A stretch of 64,000 bases of DNA. Origin: Camelus ferus (Eukaryota). The notes below the pieces were generated by a model. The model worked only from the letters and a program-made list of their open reading frames with translations, was not told the DNA's origin and did not search any database. Below, piece by piece: positions 52,901-64,000 of this stretch. The DNA lies in contig NC_045697.1 in NCBI RefSeq assembly GCF_009834535.1, forward strand, positions 121,088,001-121,152,000, in the 5' to 3' direction. The translations under genes were made by a program, and so were the position numbers. Position 1 is the first letter of the stretch, and each line of letters opens with the position of its first letter.

Positions 52901-54286
52901 CTGCTTTTCCAACCCAACCCGTGACTTTCCCCGGAAGCCCGCACAATGAGACAATCGGGGAAGACACGCGAATGGTTCCAAGGACGTCCCAGGCGCTGCA
53001 GACAGAGGACGGAACCTCCCCACACTCAGAATTCCGGAACGCGGCCGAGTGGGTGGGAAAGGTTTGGGCACGCCATCCTCCCAGCTGCCTGGTATCACAG
53101 GTGTTCCCTGGCAGTGGGATTACCGCTAATTACCTCCCCACTCCAGGGGGAGGCACTACATGTTACCTGCTTTTCCATCACAACCCCCGACTTTCCCGGG
53201 CAGCCTGCACTAGGAGACACTCGGGGAAGACACGCGGAGGGCTCCTAGGAGATCTCAGGGGCTGCAGACAGAAGAAGGAAACCCCCAAACTCAGAAATCC
53301 GGAACGCGGCCCAGTTGGTTGGGTAAGTTTGGTGCCGCACTCCGCGCATCTGCCTGGTGTCACATTTGTTCCCTTTCTGGGGGAATTCCGCTAATTACCT
53401 CCCGTGTCCAGGGGGAGGCGCTACATGCTACCTGCATTTGCAGCACAACCCCCGCATTTCCCCGGCAGCCCGCACTAGGATACACTCAGAGAAGACACGT
53501 GGAGTGCTCCTAGGGGATTCCAGGTACTGCAGACTGAAGACCGAACCTCCCCACCCTCAGTATTCCGGAAAGTGGCCGAGTGGTGGGGGAGTTTTCGGGC
53601 CTACATCCACGCAGCTGCCTGGTGTCACTGCTGTTCCCTGGCAGGGGGAATTCCGCTAATTACCTCCCCTATCCCGGGGGATTAACTAGAATCTACCTGC
53701 ATTTCCAGGCAACCCCCGCCATTCCCCGTCTCCCCGCAATAGGAGACACCAGGGGAAGGCACGTGGATGGCTTCTAGGAGATCCCAACTCTAGAGACTGA
53801 AGACCAATCCTCCCCAAACTCAGAATCCCGGAACGTGGCCGAGTGGGTAGGGGAGGTTTGGGACCAACCCCCACGCAGCTGCCTGGTGTCACAGGTGTTC
53901 CCTGGAAGGGGGAAGTCCCCTAAATTCCTCCCCTGTCCAGTGGGAGGCACTACAAGCTAACTGCATTTCCAGCACAACCCCCGAATTTCCCCGGCTTCCC
54001 GCACGAGATTACACTCGGGGAAGACACGCGGAGGGCTCCTAGGAGATCCCAGGCGCTGCAGACCGTGTAAGGAAATTCTCCACACTGAGAATTCCGGAAC
54101 GCGGCCGAGTGGGTGGGGAAGGTTTGGGGCCGCCCTCCACGCAGCTGCCTGGTGTCACAGGTGTTCCCAGGCAGGGGGAATTCAGCTAATTACCTCCCCT
54201 GTCCAGGGGGAGGCACGACATGTTACCTGTTTTCCAGCACAACCCCCGACTTTCCCGGCAGCCCTCACTAGGAGACACTCGGGGAA
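48484..54286. repeat. Tandem duplication of an 11-monomer block (period 2891 bp): 48484-51374 and 51375-54286, overlapping the 12-mer duplication
   Basis: ORF pairs at offset 2891 (48637/51528, 49435/52326, 50003/52894, 50795/53686). Confidence 0.93.
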
Positions 54287-54704
54287 GACACGCGGAGGGC
54301 TCCTAGGAGATCCCAGGCGCTGCAGAGAGAGTACGGACCTCCCCAAAATCAGATTTCCGGAACGCAGCCGAGAGGGTGGGGGAGATTTGGGGCCACCCTC
54401 CACGCAGCTGCCTGGTGTCACATGTGTTCCATGGCATGGGAAAGTCCGCTAATTACCTCCCTTGTTCAGGGGGAGGCATTATATGCTAATTGCATTTGCA
54501 GCCTAATTCCCGCATTTCCCCGGCACCCCGCACTAGGATACACTCGGGGAAGACAAACGGATTTCTACTAGGTGATCGCAGGCGCTGCAGAGAGATTACG
54601 GCACCTCCCAACACTCAGAATACCGGAACGTGGCCGAGTGGTTGGTTGAGGTTTGGGGCCGACCTCCACGCAGCTGCCTGGTGTCACAGGTGTTCCCTGG
54701 CAGA

Positions 54705-57700
54705 GGGAATTCAGCTAATTACCTCCCCTATCCAGGGGGAGGCACTACATGCTACCTGCTTTTCCAGCACAACCCCCGCATTTTCCCTGTAGCCTGCACT
54801 AGGAGACACTCGGGGAAGACACGCGGAGGGCTCCTAGGAGTTCCCAGTTGCTGCAGACAGAGTACGGAACCTCCCCAAACTCAGAATTCCGTAACGCGGC
54901 CGAGTGGGTAGGGGAGGTTTGGGCCGCCCTCCACGCAGCTGCCTGGTGTCACAGGTGTTCCATGTCAGGGGAAATTTCACTTTTACCTCTCCTGTCCAGG
55001 GGGAGTCCCTAGATGCTACCTGCTATTCCAGCACAACACCAGGCTTTCCCTGCAGCCCGCACTAGGAGACACTTGGGGAAGACACGCGGAGGGCTCCTAG
55101 GTGATCCCAGTTGCTGCAGACAGATTTCTTATCCTCCACACACTAAGAATTCCATAACGCGGCCGAGTGGGTGGGGGAGGATTTGGGCCGAACTCCACGA
55201 AGCTGCCTGGTGTCACAGGTGTTCCCTGGAAGGGTGTAGTCCGCTAAATACCTCTCCTGTCCAGACGGAGGCGCTACATTCTACCTGCATTTCCAGTCCA
55301 ACCCCCGCATTTACCCGGAAGCCCGCAGAAGGAGACACTCGGGGAAGACATGCAGAGGGCTCCTAGGTGATCCCAGGCGCTGTAGACAGAGTACGGACCT
55401 CCCCACACTCAGATTTCCAGAACGAGGCCGAGTGGTTGGTTGAGGTTTGGGGCCGACCTCCACGCAGCTGCCTGGTGTCACAGGTGTTCCCTGGCAGGGG
55501 GAATTACGCTAACTACCTGATCTGTCCTGGGAGAGGCACTACATGCTAGCTGCATTTCCAGCCCAATCCCCGCCATTCCTCGGGTCCCAGCACTAGGATA
55601 CACTCGGGGAATACACGCGGAGGGCTCCTAGAGATCCCAGGCGCTGCAGACAGAGTACGGAACTTCCCCACACTCAGAATTAAGGAACGCGGCCGAGCGG
55701 GTGGGGTAGGTTTGGCATAACCCAACACGCAGCAGCCTGGTGTCACAGGTGTTCCCTGGAAGGGGGAAATTCGCTAATTACCTACCCTGTCCAGGGGTAG
55801 GCACTACAAGCTACCTGCATTTCCAGCCCAAACCCCGCCTTTCCCCAGGTTCCCGCACAAGGGGAGACTCGGGGAAGACATGCGGAGGGCTCCTGGGAGA
55901 TCCCAGGCGCAGCAGACAGAGTACGGATCCTCCACACACTCAGAATTAAAGAACAAGGCCAAGTGGGTGTCGGATTTTTGGGGCCGCCCTCCACGCAGCT
56001 GTCTCTTGTCACAGGTGTTCCCTGGCAGGGAGAAGTCCGCTAATTACATTCCCTGTCCAGGGGGAGGCACTACATGCTACCTACTATTCCAGCCCAACCC
56101 CCTCCTTTCTCCGGCTCCCCGCACTAGGATACCCTCGGGGAAGACACGCGGAGGGCTCCTAGGAGATCCCAGGCACTGCAGACAGAGTATGGAACCTCCC
56201 CACTCTCAGAATTCCAGAACAAGGCCGAGTGGGTGTAGGAGGCTTGGGTCTGCCATCCACGCAACTTCTTCTTTTCACAGGTGTTCCCTGGCAAGGTGAA
56301 TTCCGGTAAATACCTTCCCTGTCCAGGGGGAGGCACTAGATGCTACCTGTTTTTCCAGCCTAACTCCCGAATTTCCCCGGCACACCGCACTAGGATACAC
56401 TCGTGGAAGACACGCGGATTTTTACTAGGAGATCCCAGGCGCTGTAGACAGAGGACGTTACCTCCCACACATAGAATTCCGGAACGTGGCCGAGTGGGTG
56501 GGGGAGGTTTGGGACCGCCATCCGCGCAGCTGCCTGGTTTCACATGTGTTCCCTTGCAGGGGAAATCCGCTAATAACCTCCCCTGTCCAGGGAGAGGCAC
56601 AACATGCTACCTTCTTTTCCAGGCCAACCCCCGAATTTCCCCAGCACCCCGCACTTGGAGACACTCGGGGAAGACACGCGGAGGGCTCCTAGGTGATCCC
56701 AGGCGCTGCAGACAGAGGACGGAACCTCGCCAACCTCAGAAATCCGGAACGCGGCCGAGTGGGTGGGGGAGGTTTGGGGCCGCCCTCCTCGCAGCTGCCT
56801 CTTGTCACAGGTGTTCCCTGGCAGGGTGAAGTCCGGTAATTACCTTCCCTGTCCAGGGGGAGGCACTAGATGCTGCCTGCAATTCCAGCACAACACCAGG
56901 CTTTCCCTGCAGCCCGCCCTAGGAGACACTCGGGGAATACAAGCAGAGTGTTCCTAGGTGATCCCAGGCGCTGCAGATAGAAGACCGAACTTCCCCCAAC
57001 TCAGAATTCCGGAACGAGGCCGAGTGGGTGGGGGAGATTTGGGGCCGCCCTCTACGCAGTTGCCTGGTGTCACAGGTTTTCCCTGGCAGGGGGAATTCCG
57101 CTAATTACCTCTCCTGTCCAGGGGGAGTCACTCGATGCTACCTGCATTTCCAGACCATCCCCTGCATTTCCCTGGCTGCTCGCACTAGGAGACAATTGGG
57201 GAAGACACGCGGAGGGCTCCTAGGAGATCCCAGGCACTGCAGACAGAGTATGGAACCTCCCAACACTCAGAATTCCAGAACAAGGCCGAGTGGGTGTAGG
57301 AGGATTGGGTCCGCCATCCACGCAACTTCTTATTTTCACAGGTGTTCCCTGGCAGGGTGAAGTCCGGTAAATACCTTCCCTGTCCAGGGGGAGGCACTAG
57401 ATGCTACCTGCTTTTCCAGCAACACCCCGCATTTTCCCTGTAGCCCGCACTAGGAGACACTCAGGGAAGACACGCGGAGTGCTCCTAGGTGATCCCAGGC
57501 GCTGCAGACAGAGTATGGAACCTCCCCACACTCAGAATTCCGGATCGCGGCCGAGTGTTTGGGGGAGGTTTGGGGCCGACCTCCACGCAGCTGCCTGGTG
57601 TCAAAGGTGTTCCATGGCATGGGGATTTCCGCTTTTACCTCTACTGTCCAGGAGGTGTCCCTAGATGCTACCTGCAATTCCAGCACAACACCAGGCTTTC

Positions 57701-60700
57701 CCTGCAGCCCGCCCTAGGAGACACTCGGGGAATACAAGCGGAGGGCTCCTAGGTGATCCCAGGCGCTGCAAACAGAGTACGGATCCTCCACACACTCAGA
57801 ATACATTAACGCGGCCGAGTGGGTGGGGGAATATTGGGGCTGCCTTCCACGAAGCTGCCTGGTGTCGCAGGTGTTCCCTGGCAGGGGAAGTCCTCTAATT
57901 ACCTCTCCTGTCCAGGGGGAGTCACTAGATGCTACCTGCATTTCCAGCCAAACCCCCGCCTTTCCCTGGCTGCCCACAATAGGAGACACTTGGGGAAGAC
58001 ACGCGGAAGGCTCCTAGGTGATCAGAGGCGCTGCAGACAGAGTACGGAACCTCCCAACACTCAGAATTCCAGAACAAGGCCGAGTGGGTGTGGGAGGTTT
58101 GGGGCCGCCTTCCACGCAGCGGACTCTTTTCACAGGTGTTCCCTGGCAGGGGGAAGTCCGCTAAATACCTTCCCTGTCCAGGGGGAGGCGCTACATGCTA
58201 CCTTCTTTTCCAGCCCAACCCCCGCATTTACCCGGAAGCCCGCACAAGGAGACACTCGGGGAAGACACGCAGAGGGCTCCTAGGAGATCCCAGGCGCTGC
58301 AGACAGAGAACGGACCTCCCCACACTCAGATTTCCGGAACGAGGCCGAGTGGGTGGTTGAGGTTGTGGCCGCCCTCCACGCAGCTGCCTGGTGTCACTGC
58401 TGTTCCCTGACAGGGGGAATTCCGCTAATTACCTCCCCTGTCCCGGGGGATTAACTAGAATCTACCTGCATTTCCAGGCAACCCCCGCCATTCCCCGTCT
58501 CCCCGCAATAGGAGACACTAGGGGAAGGCACGTGGATGGCTACTAGGAGATCCCAACTCTAGAGACTGAAGACCAATCCTCCCGAAACTCAGAATCCCGG
58601 AACGTGGCCGAGTGGGTAGGGGAGGTTTGGGACCAACCCCCACGCAGCTGCCTGGTGTCACAGGTGTTCCCTGGAAGGGGGAAGTCCGCTAAATTCCTCC
58701 CCTGTCCAGTGGGAGGCACTACAAGCTACCTGCATTTCCAGCACATCCCCCGACTTTCCCCGGCTTCCCGCACGAGGATACACTCGGGGAAGACACGCGG
58801 AGGGCTCCTAGGAGATCCCAGGCGCTGCAGACCGAGTACGGAAATTCTCCACCCTCAGAATTCCGGAACGCGGCCGAGTGGGTGGGGAATGTTTGGGGCC
58901 GCCCTCCACGCAGCTGCCTGCTGTCACAGGTGTTCCCAGGCAGGGGGAATTCAGCTAATTACCTCCCCTATCCAGGGGGAGGCACTACATGCTACCTGCT
59001 TTTCCAGCACAACCCCCGCATTTTCCCTGTAGCCTGCACTAGGAGACACTCGGGGAAGACACGCGGAGGGCTCCTAGGAGATCCCAGTTGCTGCAGACAG
59101 AGTACGGAACCTCCCCAAACTCAGAATTCCGCAACGCGGCCGAGTGGGTAGGGGAGGTTTGGGCCGCCCTCCACGCAGCTGCCTGGTGTCACAGGTGTTC
59201 CATGTCAGGGGGAATTTCACTTTTACCTCTCCTGTCCAGGGGGAGTCCCTAGATGCTACCTGCAATTCCAGCACAACACCAGGCTTTCCCTGTAGCCCGC
59301 ACTAGGAGACACTTGGGGAAGACACGCGGAGGGCTCCTAGGTGATCCCAGTTGCTGCAGACAGAGTACGGATCCTCCACACACTAAGAATTCCGTAACGC
59401 GGCCGAGTGGGTGGGGGAGGATTTGGGCCGAACTCCACGAAGCTGCCTGTTGTCACAGGTGTTCCCTGGAAGGGTGTAGTCCGCTAAATACCTCTCCTGT
59501 CCAGACGGAGGCGCTACATGCTACCTGCATTTCCAGTCCAACCCCCGCATTTACCCGGAAGCCCGCAGAAGGAGACACTCGGGGAAGACATGCAGAGGGC
59601 TCCTAGGTGATCCCAGGCGCTGTAGACAGAGTACGGACCTCCCCACACTCAGATTTCCGGAACGAGGCCGAGTGGTTGGTTGAGGTTTGGGGCCGACCTC
59701 CACGCAGCTGCCTGGTGTCACAGGTGTTCCCTGGCAGGGGGAATTACGCTAACTACCTGATCTGTCCAGGGAGAGGCACTACATGCTAGCTGCATTTCCA
59801 GCCCAATCCCCGCCATTCCTCGGGTCCCAGCACTAGGATACACTCGGGGAATACACGCGGAGGGCTCCTAGAGAACCCAGGCGCTGCAGACAGAGTACGG
59901 AACTTCCCCACACTCAGAATTAAGGAACGCGGCCGAGTGGGTGGGGTAGGTTTGGCATAACCCAACACGCAGCAGCCTGGTGTCACAGGTGTTCCCTGGA
60001 AGGGGGAAATTCGCTAATTACCTACCCTGTCCAGGGGTAGGCACTACAAGCTACCTGCATTTCCAGCCCAAACCCCGCCTTTCCCCGGGTTCCCGCACTA
60101 GGGGAGACTCGGGGAAGACATGCGGAGGGCTCCTGGGAGATCCCAGGCGCAGCAGACAGAGTACGGATCCTCCACACACTCAGAATTAAAGAACAAGGCC
60201 AAGTGTGTGTGAGATTTTTGGGGCCGCCCTCCACGCAGCTGTCTCTTGTCACAGGTGTTCCCTGGCAGGGAGAAGTCCGCTAATTACATTCCCTGTCCAG
60301 GGGGAGGCACTACATGCTACCTAGTATTCCAGCCCAACCCCCTCCTTTCTCCGGCTCCCCGCACTAGGATACCCTCGGGGAAGACACGCGGAGGGCTCCT
60401 AGGAGATCCCAGGCACTGCAGACAGAGTATGGAACCTCCCCACTCTCAGAATTCCAGAACAAGGCCGAGTGGGTGTAGGAGGCTTGGGTCTGCCATCCAC
60501 GCAACTTCTTCTTTTCACAGGTGTTCCCTGGCAAGGTGAATTCCGGTAAATACCTTCCCTGTCCAGGGGGAGGCACTAGATGCTACCTGTTTTTCCAGCC
60601 TAACTCCCGAATTTCCCCGGCACACCGCACTAGGATACACTCGTGGAAGACACGCGGATTTTTACTAGGAGATCCCAGGCGCTGTAGACAGAGGACGTTA

Positions 60701-63700
60701 CCTCCCACACATAGAATTCCGGAACGTGGCCGAGTGGGTGGGGGAGGTTTGGGACCGCCATCCGCGCAGCTGCCTGGTTTCACATGTGTTCCCTTGCAGG
60801 GGAAATCCGCTAATAACCTCCCCTGTCCAGGGAGAGGCACAACATGCTACCTTCTTTTCCAGGCCAACCCCCGAATTTCCCCAGCACCCCGCACTTGGAG
60901 ACACTCGGGGAAGACACGCGGAGGGCTCCTAGGTGATCCCAGGCGCTGCAGACAGAGGACGGAACCTCGCCAACCTCAGAATTCCGGAACGCGCCCGAGT
61001 GGGTGGGGGAGGTTTGGGGCCGCCCTCCTCGCAGCTGCCTCTTGTCACAGGTGTTCCCTGGCAGGGTGAAGTCCGGTAATTACCTTCCCTGTCCAGGGGG
61101 AGGCACTAGATGCTGCCTGCAATTCCAGCACAACACCAGGCTTTCCCTGCATCCCGCACTAGGAGACACTCGGGGAATACAAGCAGAGTGTTCCTAGGTG
61201 ATCCCAGGCGCTGCAGATAGAAGACCGAACTTCCCCCAACTCAGAATTCCGGAACGAGGCCGAGTGGGTGGGGGAGATTTGGGGCCGCCCTCCACGCAGT
61301 TGCCTGGTGTCACAGGTTTTCCCTGGCAGGGGGAATTCCGCTAATTACCTCTCCTGTCCAGGGGGAGTCACTCGATGCTACCTGCATTTCCAGACCATCC
61401 CCTGCATTTCCCTGGCTGCTCGCACTAGGAGACAATTGGGGAAGACACGCGGAGGGCTCCTAGTAGATCCCAGGCACTGCAGACAGAGTATGGAACCTCC
61501 CAACACTCAGAATTCCAGAACAAGGCCGAGTGGGTGTAGGAGGTTTGGGTCCGCCATCCACGCAACTTCTTCTTTTCACAGGTGTTCCCTTGCAGGGTGA
61601 AGTCCGGTAAATACCTTCCCTGTCCAGGGGGAGGCACTAGATGCTACCTGCTTTTCCAGCAACACCCCGCATTTTCCCTGTAGCCCGCACTAGGAGACAC
61701 TCAGGGAAGACACGCGGAGTGCTCCTAGGTGATCCCAGGCGCTGCAGACAGAGTATGGAACCTCCCCACACTCAGAATTCCGGATCGCGGCCGAGTGTTT
61801 GGGGGAGGTTTGGGGCCGACCTCCACGCAGCTGCCTGGTGTCAAAGGTGTTCCATGGCATGGGGATTTCCGCTTTTACCTCTACTGTCCAGGAGGTGTCC
61901 CTAGATGCTACCTGCAATTCCAGCACAACACCAGGCTTTCCCTGCAGCCCGCCTTAGGAGACACTCGGGGAATACAAGCGGAGGGCTCCTAGGTGATCCC
62001 AGGCGCTGCAAACAGAGTACGGATCCTCCACACACTCAGAATACATTAACGCGGCCGAGTGGGTGGGGGAATATTGGGGCTGCCTTCCACGAAGCTGCCT
62101 GGTGTCGCAGGTGTTCCCTGGCAGGGGAAGTCCTCTAATTACCTCTCCTGTCCAGGGGGAGTCACTAGATGCTACCTGCATTTCCAGCCAAACCCCTGCC
62201 TTTCCCTGGCTGCCCACAATAGGAGACACTTGGGGAAGACACGCGGAAGGCTCCTAGGTGATCAGAGGCGCTGCAGACAGAGTACGGAACCTCCCAACAC
62301 TCAGAATTCCAGAACAAGGCCGAGTGGGTGTGGGAGGTTTGGGGCCGCCTTCCACGCAGCGGACTCTTTTCACAGGTGTTCCCTGGCAGGGGGAAGTCCG
62401 CTAAATACCTTCCCTGTCCAGGGGGAGGCGCTACATGCTACCTTCTTTTCCAGCCCAACCCCCGCATTTACCCGGAAGCCCGCACAAGGAGACACTCGGG
62501 GAAGACACGCAGAGGGCTCCTAGGAGATCCCAGGCGCTGCAGACAGAGAACGGACCTCCCCACACTCAGATTTCCGGAACGAGGCCGAGTGGGTGGTTGA
62601 GGTTGTGGCCGCCCTCCACGCAGCTGCCTGGTGTCACTGCTGTTCCCTGACAGGGGGAATTCCGCTAATTACCTCCCCTGTCCCGGGGGATTAACTAGAA
62701 TCTACCTGCATTTCCAGGCAACCCCCGCCATTCCCCGTCTCCCCGCAATAGGAGACACTAGGGGAAGGCACGTGGATGGCTACTAGGAGATCCCAACTCT
62801 AGAGACTGAAGACCAATCCTCCCGAAACTCAGAATCCCAGAACGTGGCCGAGTGGGTAGGGGAGGTTTGGGACCAACCCCCACGCAGCTGCCTGGTGTCA
62901 CAGGTGTTCCCTGGAAGGGGGAAGTCCGCTAAATTCCTCCCCTGTCCAGTGGGAGGCACTACAAGCTACCTGCATTTCCAGCACATCCCCCGACTTTCCC
63001 CGGCTTCCCGCACGAGGATACACTCGGGGAAGACACGCGGAGGGCTCCTAGGAGATCCCAGGCGCTGCAGACCGAGTACGGAAATTCTCCACCCTCAGAA
63101 TTCCGGAACGCGGCCGAGTGGGTGGGGAATGTTTGGGGCCGCCCTCCACGCAGCTGCCTGCTGTCACAGGTGTTCCCAGGCAGGGGGAATTCAGCTAATT
63201 ACCTCCCCTATCCAGGGGGAGGCACTACATGCTACCTGCTTTTCCAGCACAACCCCCGCATTTTCCCTGTAGCCTGCACTAGGAGACACTCGGGGAAGAC
63301 ACGCGGAGGGCTCCTAGGAGATCCCAGTTGCTGCAGACAGAGTACGGAACCTCCCCAAACTCAGAATTCCGCAACGCGGCCGAGTGGGTGGGGGAGGATT
63401 TGGGCCGCCCTCCACGCAGCTGCATGGTGTCACAGGTGTTCCATGTCAGGGGGAATTTCACTTTTACCTCTCCTGTCCAGGGGGAGTCCCTAGATGCTAC
63501 CTGCAATTCCAGCACAACACCAGGCTTTCCCTGCAGCCCGCACTAGGAGACACTTGGGGAAGACACGCGGAGGGCTCCTAGGTGATCCCAGTTGCTGCAG
63601 ACAGAGTACGGATCCTCCACACACTAAGAATTCCGTAACGCGGCCGAGTGGGTGGGGGAGGATTTGGGCCGAACTCCACGAAGCTGCCTGGTGTCACAGG

Positions 63701-64000
63701 TGTTCCCTGGAAGGGTGTAGTCCGCTAAATACCTCTCCTGTCCAGACGGAGGCGCTACATGCTACCTGCATTTCCAGTCCAACCCCCGCATTTACCCGGA
63801 AGCCCGCAGAAGGAGACACTCGGGGAAGACATGCAGAGGGCTCCTAGGTGATCCCAGGCGCTGTAGACAGAGTACGGACCTCCCCACACTCAGATTTCCG
63901 GAACGAGGTCGAGTGGTTGGTTGAGGTTTGGGGCCGACCTCCACGCAGCTGCCTGGTGTCACAGGTGTTCCCTGGCAGGGGGAATTACGCTAACTACCTG
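54705..64000. repeat. 16-monomer higher-order unit (period 4240-4241 bp): two full copies plus the start of a third
   Basis: ORF offsets 55013/59253/63494, 56281/60521, 57401/61641, 58604/62844; a type-specific monomer (agggtgtagtccgctaaata...ccagacggagg) at ~55231, ~59471 and ~63711. Confidence 0.93.

Larger units (their letters stand above)
1..64000. repeat. Tandem satellite array, ~266-bp GC-rich monomer, about 240 copies, head-to-tail, running off both window ends
   Basis: Anchor CAGAAT recurs at 774, 1040 and 1306 (266-bp steps) and onward to the window end. By-eye consensus: gaattccggaacgcggccgagtgggtgggggaggtttggggccgccctccacgcagctgcctggtgtcacaggtgttccctggcagggg gaattccgctaattacctcccctgtccagggggaggcactacatgctacctgcatttccagcccaacccccgcatttccccggcagccc gcactaggagacactcggggaagacacgcggagggctcctaggagatcccaggcgctgcagacagagtacggaacctccccacactca (266 nt, ~64% GC by hand count). 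No non-repeat sequence or inversion seen. Confidence 0.99.

Noticed and set aside
89..63847. Hundreds of 60-228 aa ORFs on both strands
   Set aside because: They are translations of the same 266-bp repeat in shifting frames (266 is not a multiple of 3), with frequent stops and frameshifting indels, many non-ATG starts and no recognisable domain. They were used only as markers for duplicated blocks.
1..64000. CRISPR array or repeat-plus-variable-cassette system (integron-like, antigenic variation)
   Set aside because: There are no unique spacers or cassettes: the entire monomer is homologous between copies, and no cas, integrase or recombinase gene is present.
1..64000. Hammerhead ribozyme as in newt, cricket or schistosome satellites
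   Set aside because: The consensus lacks the CUGANGA core on either strand (nearest is CUGAGUG on the minus strand), so there is no support without a covariance-model hit.
1..64000. Assignment to alpha satellite, gamma satellite or another named family or species
   Set aside because: Monomer length and sequence do not fit alpha (171 bp, AT-rich) or gamma (~220 bp), and I cannot confirm any other family without a database search.
1..64000. Inversion or strand switch within the array
   Set aside because: All monomers read in the same orientation; minus-strand ORFs are just the antisense reading.

Overview
The whole 64 kb window is one uninterrupted, head-to-tail, single-orientation array of a GC-rich ~266-bp tandem repeat (about 240 monomers). 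It looks like eukaryotic satellite DNA, plausibly (peri)centromeric, but I cannot assign family, species or chromosomal position from sequence alone. I found no genes, RNA genes or transposon insertions; all listed ORFs are translations of the same repeat. Neighbouring monomers are clearly diverged into many recognisable types. The array has no single higher-order repeat (HOR). It is a patchwork of recent in-register multi-monomer duplications with different periods (3449 bp/13-mer, 3185 bp/12-mer, 2891 bp/11-mer, 4240 bp/16-mer) plus dispersed copies of monomer runs, traceable with a +25-bp and a -25-bp variant monomer. The monomer is dense in dyad symmetries, carries G4/i-motif tracts and CTCF-like and NF-kB-like motifs, and may be a degenerate trimer of an ~89-bp unit. 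Consensus and comparisons were made by eye; no searches were run.
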